Source of the DNA: Candidatus Eiseniibacteriota bacterium
Lineage (GTDB): Bacteria > Eisenbacteria > RBG-16-71-46 > SZUA-252
Length of the DNA stretch: 64,000 bases
Assembly: GCA_963703225.1 (NCBI GenBank)
Contig: OY969801.1
Location: 1,312,001-1,376,000 of the forward strand
Direction of reading: 5' to 3'
The notes under the pieces: model-generated
Databases searched by the model: none
Seen by the model: the letters and a program-made list of their open reading frames with translations, nothing else
Told to the model about the DNA's origin: nothing
Translations under genes and position numbers: made by a program
Shown here: in pieces, positions 58,600-64,000 of the stretch
Position numbering within the stretch: the stretch's first letter is position 1
How the letters are laid out: each line of letters opens with the position of its first letter

Positions 58600-59677
58600 C
58601 GCCGTCGCTCTGGTACTGGTAGTGCTTGGCCGCCGAGTAGGCCATGGAGGTGGGCAGGAACCCCTCGCGCCCAAGCGTCTCGAGGTCGGAAGGGTACTCG
58701 CCCCGCACGCGGCGGTAGGTCTCGAGCGCCAGGCTGACGCGCGCGGCCTCGTCGACGAGCGCGATCTCCGGAGGATTGGGAACGGCGGTAGGCGCTCCCG
58801 CGCGCGCGGCCTGAGAGAGCAGCGTCGGCGTCACCCAGAGCGCGATCGCCACCGCGACGATCACGGCGACCGCGGCGACCCCCGCGGCCAGGAGCCCGCC
58901 TGAATGATGGAGCCGCGGCGACCTGCGCGGGCTCTGGCGCGATCGGCGTCACCTTGGGCGGCGCGGCCCCGAGCGTGATCTCGATGACGCCGAGGTCGAG
59001 CAGGTGGTGCAGCGCCTCGTACGCTTCGAACTCGACGAGCTTGGACTGGGCCATGAGGTCGCGAAGCGGCCTGAGACCGTCGACGAGCGGCAGAATCCGC
59101 TGCTCCTGCGAGGACATCTCCTTGGGCGGCAGGGCGAGCGCCTTCGGCCGGAGCACCATGGCCGGCGACGAGAACGTTTCGCGGTAGCGGGCGAACTCGT
59201 CGATCCGCCGCATGCTCTCCATCAGGAGCCCTTCGGTGTTCAGCCGGACGTTCACGGCGAATTTCGGGACCGTCCGCGCCGTCACCGGAGAAGTGGTAGG
59301 AGCCGGTCTTCCAGGTGAGGAGCTGGTGGAGGGTGTCCTGGATCTGCTGCTCCAGCGCGTGGCCCAACGCGTCCTGGGTCATGTAGTTCCCGCTCAGGAG
59401 GATGTCGGTGAGCTCCCGCCGGCTCTCGGTTTCGATGGTCTCGATCTGGCGCAGCTGGGCCTCGGTCAGATGGCCCGGTCCGGACCAGGAACGGCTTGAG
59501 CGGATCCTGCGCGTTCCTCCGTCGGTCCCGCGTCGAGACGATCTTTCCCGCCTCGAAGAAGACGACCGCGACGTCCTCGCCCGCCGTGAGCTTGAGCACG
59601 CCCGACTTCTGCTGGACGGCGATCAGCTGGAGGATTTCGGGGAGGCTGAAGTCGTCGAGATTGCCCTGGAGCGCCAT
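58574..59677 (-). CDS. DUF4388 (PatA-N) protein with TM segment and GspG/pseudopilin-like C-terminus (frameshifted)
   Basis: [19 protein letters not shown]...KSGVL, WKTGSYHF and LLMESMRRIDE, then a TM and ALETYRRVRGEYPSDLETL. Shifts near 59475, 59283 and 58900. Confidence 0.75.
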
Positions 59678-61625
59678 TTCAGGACCTCCCGACTCTCTCG
59701 CGCCTCGCCCGCGGAAACGTCCGCCGCTCCGTCGCGATCGAGGTATGGCGTCAGCGCTTCCACCTTGGTGGTCGTCGTGGCGAAGTAGCGGAAGACCGTC
59801 ACCGCGTAGATGATCAGGAAGAGCAGCACGAGCGGAATCCGTTTCGCCCAGCCGCCGATCGGGAAGGGCGAGCACGTCGAGCGAAGGGACGATCGCGCCG
59901 TTCCAGATGACGAGAATCGCCGCGAAGCTCATGACGATCAGCGCGAGGAATCCCGAGAGCGTCGCGCCGCGCAGCATCTGGCCGGCGCCCGGGAGCAGGA
60001 AGGTCAGGATGGCCTGGCCCGTCGTCCTCCGCCGGGCGGCGCTCTGCCCCTTCCGGGTCAGCAGAAGCCGTGTGAATTCGGTGGACTTCAGCTCCTTGAC
60101 CGCCTTGAAGCAATCGTCGCAGAAGGCGCGCTGCTGCATCCGCTTCACGCAGCGGCGGCAGACCACCTTCTGGCAGTTGGAGCAGTAGTAGGTGGGAAGG
60201 CTCCGGCCCAGGAGCTGGCCGACCCCGGCGAAGATCAGGAAGAGCGCCGGAATGAAGACGAGCGCGAAGGGCGCGGGCGGCGCCAGGTGGTCGACCCATT
60301 GGAGCAGGAAGTTCCCCTGGTAGGCGCTCGGTCCGCGCTGCGGGCGCGAAGCGACGTGCGAGCCCCCAGAGGGCCAATGGAGCGGCGGCGAGGCGTCCAT
60401 GACGGTGCGGTTGAGCTGCGGAGCGGTCCACCGACTGAAGTCGCGAACCCGTTCGAACGCGAGCGCCGACGCGCGCGATTGCTCGCGGCTCGCCTCGGTG
60501 AACATGAGCTGCTTGGTGTAGACCTGGGCGAGATTGAAGTGCGGCTCGACGGCGTTCGGGGCTGCCTCCGCCGCGGCCTCGTAGGTCTGCCGGGCGCGCG
60601 CGTAGTCCTCGCGCGCGAAGTAGACGTTGCCCAGGTTGGTGAGGATCCAGGATGTCCTCGGCCTGAGAACCGCCGCGAGGGTGAGCTGCCGCTCCGCGAG
60701 TTCGAAGTCACCGCTCCGGCGCGCCATCGATCCCATCGCGAAGGGAAAGAGGGGCTCGTTGGCGTCCTTCGCTTCCCACGCGAGGAGGGCGGCCGCGAGC
60801 TCCGCGTCGTACCCGGAGTTCATGGCGCGGTCGACGAGGAGGCTCGGCTCCTCGAGGGTGGGCGAGCCGGCCCAGGGAGAGAGGGCGCCGATCCCGCCGG
60901 TCAGGCAGAGCGCCGAGATCAGGAAGAGCGCCACGAGGAGCGCCTCCCGCTTCCCGAAGCGGAACGAGATGAGGCCGGCGAAGACCGTGAGGACCGGGGC
61001 CAAGCCGAGTCCCCAGAGTGCCGGCGAAAGCGCCGTCACGGTGGCCGCGGCCCGTGTCCCGCGCGTGGGCGACGGGGCTCAGGAGCTCGCGCACGATGTG
61101 AAACAGATGGGGCAGGTGACGAAACGCGATCCCCGCGACCGCGAGGAGCAGGCTGATCATCCAGACCGCCATCAGGCCTGTGGCGGCGTTTGCGAGCAGG
61201 TGGCGCTGCCACGGATAGCTTCGTCCCAGAATGCGAAACCCTTCCGTCACCTCGGCCACGGCGCGGCCCGGGTCGCGGAACGTGAGGACGCGAGCCAGCG
61301 TGAAATGGGCGTCCGGAAAGGCGGGGTCGAATGCGGCCGCGGCCTCGAGGAGGCGAATGGCCTCCGGCGCGCCGCCCGCGGAGAGGACGATCAGCGCCTG
61401 TCGATAGCAGGCCTGCGCCGGGGCGAGCGCCCGGGTCACGCCGGCGTCGAACTTCTGGTTCAACGCGTCGGTGATCGCGGACGCGTCGGTCGAGGCGGTC
61501 GTGGTCGATTGGGCGATCGCGGAGCCGGAGAGCGCCGCGAAGAGGAGCGAAGCGACGACCGCGAGCGAGCAGAGCCGGCCCATGGGCGCGGGCAAGCAAC
61601 GGGAGCCATTCGTTTGGCGCGCCAC
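59623..61625 (-). CDS. Multi-TM TPR protein with Cys-rich zinc-finger (frameshifted)
   Basis: Signal-like N-terminus, TPRs ([23 protein letters not shown]), CSNC..CRRC..CDDC, LLPGAGQ TM hairpin. Shifts near 61040 and 59860. The true end may be TGA 59679. Confidence 0.7.
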
Positions 61626-61631
61626 GGCCGC

Positions 61632-61661
61632 ACGTTAGGGTCGTCGCGAAAGGGGTGTCAA
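61632..61661 (-). promoter_or_regulatory. sigma70-type promoter, probably leaderless
   Basis: Minus strand TTGACA-N18-TAACGT, ending 6 nt before GTG 61625. Confidence 0.5.
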
Positions 61662-61735
61662 GGGAAATGTCGGTCGGCGTGCTATTCTTTCGGGCTCACG
61701 AAGCCTTTTTTCATACGAGCACTGGAGGGAAAGGG

Positions 61736-63038
61736 ATGTCGGCCCAGGCAACGCGCATCGAGGCTCTTCGCGGACAGGTGGGGCAGCGAGGTTCTGCTCG
61801 AAGGTTGGCTCTACAACCGGCGCTCGAGCGGAAAGCTCGAGTTCCTGATGGTGCGAGACGGCAGCGGCATCGTTCAGTGCGTCGCGGCCAAAGTCGGATC
61901 TCCCCGAGGACGTGTTCGCCCGCGCGGCCGCCCTCGCGCAGGAAACGTCGATCCGGGTCCGCGGTCTGGTCCGCGAGGACCGTCGCGCGCCGAGCGGCGT
62001 CGAGCTCACCGTGACGGACCTCGAGGTCGTCTCGGAGAGCCACGACTACCCGATCACGCCCAAGGAGCACGGCTCCCCGTTCCTCCTGGATCATCGCCAC
62101 CTCTGGATCCGCTCCCAGCGACAGCACGCGATTCTCAAGATTCGCCATACGCTGATCGACGCCTGCCGGGGCTTCCTGAACCGGGAGGGGTTCATCCTCG
62201 CCGACGCGCCGATCTTCACGCCGAACGCGTGCGAGGGCACGACCACCCTCTTCGAGACGGAGTATTTCGACGAGAAGGCCTACTTGACGCAGAGCGGGCA
62301 GCTCTACAACGAGGCGACCGCGATGGCCTTCGGCAGGACCTATTGCTTCGGCCCCACGTTCCGCGCGGAGAAGTCGAAGACGCGCCGCCACCTGATCGAG
62401 TTCTGGATGGTGGAGCCCGAGATCGCCTACGCGACGCTCGACGATCTGATGGTCTGGATCGAGCGATTCGTCGAGGCGATCGTGGCCCGCGTGCTCGAGG
62501 AGCGCCGCGAGGAGCTCAGGGTACTGGAGCGCGACGTGGCGCCGCTCGAGCGCGTTCGCGCTCCGTTCCCGCGGATTTCCTACGACGAGGCGGCGCGCCG
62601 ACTCCAAGAGAAGGAGCTGCCGTTCGAATGGGGGGGCGATTTCGGCGGAACCGACGAGACGGTTCTCTCCGAGGGCTTCGACCGTCCGTTCTTCGTCCAC
62701 CGGTTTCCCGGCGGCGATCAAGGCGTTCTACATGAAGCGCGATCCAGCCGACGACCGGCTTTCGCTCTCCTGCGATCTCCTGGCGCCCGAGGGATACGGC
62801 GAGATCGTGGGTGGAGGGCAGCGCGAGGACGATCACGCCCGCCTGGTCGCGGCGAATCGAAAGGGAACAGCTTCCGATGGAGGCGTTCGGCTGGTACCTC
62901 GATCTCCGGAAGTACGGTTCCGTTCCCCACAGCGGCTTCGGCATGGGAATCGAGCGGGCGCTCACCTGGATCTGCGGCATCGATCACGTCCGGGAAACCA
63001 TCCCCTTCCCCCGCCTTCTGAACCGGCTCCGGCCCTGA
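61736..63038 (+). CDS. asnS: Asparagine--tRNA ligase (several frameshifts)
   Basis: [64 protein letters not shown]. Confidence 0.93.
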
Positions 63039-63062
63039 CGTACCTGGCGGCCGAAATGGGAA

Positions 63063-63091
63063 TTGACACCCCCCCGCCGGTCGCTTACCTT
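63063..63091 (+). promoter_or_regulatory. sigma70-type promoter
   Basis: TTGACA-N17-TACCTT just downstream of asnS. Confidence 0.55.
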
Positions 63092-63120
63092 GCGCCGTCT
63101 TCTCGTTGCCGGGTTCGGGC

Positions 63121-63145
63121 CGCCACCCCAGCGGGTGGCGTTTTT
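63121..63145 (+). terminator. Intrinsic terminator-like hairpin
   Basis: CGCCACCC-cagc-GGGTGGCG followed by TTTTT. Confidence 0.7.
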
Positions 63146-63258
63146 GCGAGCAGCTGCCGAGCCCTTCGGGGCCCGTTACCCGGAATTAACTGGTCCCGCG
63201 CGGGGTATGTGCATGTAGGGTCTCCGAGGCTCGGGAAGGGTGAGGGAAGGTCCAGGCA

Positions 63259-63287
63259 TTGACAGAGGTTACGGGGGCGGGTAGGGT
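63259..63287 (+). promoter_or_regulatory. sigma70-type promoter, probably leaderless
   Basis: TTGACA-N17-TAGGGT, ending 7 nt before GTG 63295. Confidence 0.6.
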
Positions 63288-63294
63288 ACCCCTC

Positions 63295-64000
63295 GTGAGA
63301 GGTTTTCGCCGGGTGCGAAGCGCCCGGTATCATCGGGCGGCGCTCCTCGCGGCCGCCCTGGCCTGCGGGACCTGCTCATCGCCATCCCCCCCTCGAACAA
63401 CTCCCTCCGCGCCGCTGACGCTCGCGGGGACCGAGTACTTGGCGCCGCTCATCCGGGCCGAGGTCTTGGGTTTCAGGGACCGCTACCCGGACGCGGACTC
63501 GATCCAAATTCGGGCGACAGGCTCTGCTGAAGGGATGGAGATGCTCGTGAACGGCGAGGTGTCGATGTCGCTCCTGCTTCGAGATCTGACCGATCCCGAA
63601 GCCGATGCGGCCGTCCAGCGGGAGGGAATGCAGACCTTTCCGATCGCCTGGGACGCGGTTGCCGTGATCGTGAACCCCGCTTCGCCCATCGAGCAGCTTT
63701 CGCGAACGGAGCTGGGCCAGATCTACGGGGGGAAGGCGACGAGCTGGGCGCCTCTGGGTTGGAGACAGGGAGGAGAGATCATCGCGCTGACCGCGGGACC
63801 CCGATGGGGCATCTTCGCCTATCTGGAGCAGACGCTGCTTGGGCGGGGGCTCCTACGCCCCGGCGATCTACGCGCCGCCGACGGAGGCGGAGGTCGTGGA
63901 GGTCGTGGCGACCCGGCGAAACGCCATCGCGTGCGTCTCGCGCCCCTACGCCGAGCAGGCTGGATCGCGCGTCCGGATGCTCCGCGTCTCCCAGGCCGAC
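63295..64000 (+). CDS. PstS-like substrate-binding lipoprotein, 3' partial
   Basis: Own translation: signal with Cys, LTLAGT..LAP, TGSAEG, IAWDAVAVIVNP, L..IYGGK..SW. Not in the ORF track because it has no stop in the window. Confidence 0.75.
   Translation, partial: MRGFRRVRSARYHRAALLAAALACGTCSSPSPPRTTPSAPLTLAGTEYLAPLIRAEVLGFRDRYPDADSIQIRATGSAEGMEMLVNGEVSMSLLLRDLTDPEADAAVQREGMQTFPIAWDAVAVIVNPASPIEQLSRTELGQIYGGKATSWAPLGWRQGGEIIALTAGPRWGIFAYLEQTLLGRGLLRPGDLRAADGGGGRGGRGDPAKRHRVRLAPLRRAGWIARPDAPRLPGR

Noticed and set aside
59282..61039. Apparent TPR-DUF4388 fusion in the ORF track
   Set aside because: The joining segment is off-frame after an indel near 59860, and the DUF4388 ATG (59677) has its own GGAGG RBS.
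61692..61712. GGCT-cacga-AGCC-T6 hairpin in the asnS leader as an attenuator or T-box
   Set aside because: The stem is only 4-5 bp, the leader is far too short for a T-box, and there is no T-box sequence.
592..62735. Many long antisense and alternate-frame ORFs (e.g. 592..2586, 25983..28268, 37672..40479 on minus)
   Set aside because: They shadow well-identified genes, are Arg/Pro/Gly-rich without motifs, and are expected from high-GC codon bias.
1..64000. CRISPR arrays, tRNA/rRNA genes, IS elements, prophage or defence genes
   Set aside because: No spaced direct repeats, cloverleaf motifs, transposase/integrase or defence motifs were seen, and intergenic spaces are short.

Overview
GC-rich bacterial chromosomal segment made almost entirely of core genes, nearly all on the + strand. 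The genome is from a diderm, LPS-making organism; the lysS-lolCD-mcsA-mcsB-clpC-bamA-skp-lpxD-lpxC/fabZ-lpxA order suggests a Gemmatimonadota/Eisenbacteria-like FCB-associated lineage (inference). It contains about 52 genes: outer-membrane, lipoprotein and lipid A biogenesis (a beta-propeller Omp85, LolA-like and possible LolB-like proteins, lnt, lolC/lolD, bamA, skp, lpxD/C/A/B/K, waaA, msbA, two GT9s), purine synthesis (purM, purB, purL, purQ, a tandem PurS-like protein, purF), tRNA and translation genes (cca, rsfS, argS, truA, lysS, asnS), proteostasis (degP, mcsA-mcsB-clpC), nadB and tdh-kbl. Signalling genes are scattered among these. The most interesting pattern is a possible dispersed sigma54/c-di-GMP/pilus circuit. 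A membrane HD-GYP protein and an orphan MshEN-PilB ATPase with a zinc-ribbon tail each sit behind a sigma54 (-24/-12) motif. A sigma54 activator with no sensory domain lies between them, a histidine kinase shares the HD-GYP protein's membrane domain, and a TPR/DUF4388-pseudopilin-like pair lies further on. Two candidate structured RNAs, likely non-canonical starts and leaderless promoters were also seen. Many genes carry single-base frameshifts that look like assembly errors. No rRNA, tRNA, CRISPR array or mobile element was found.
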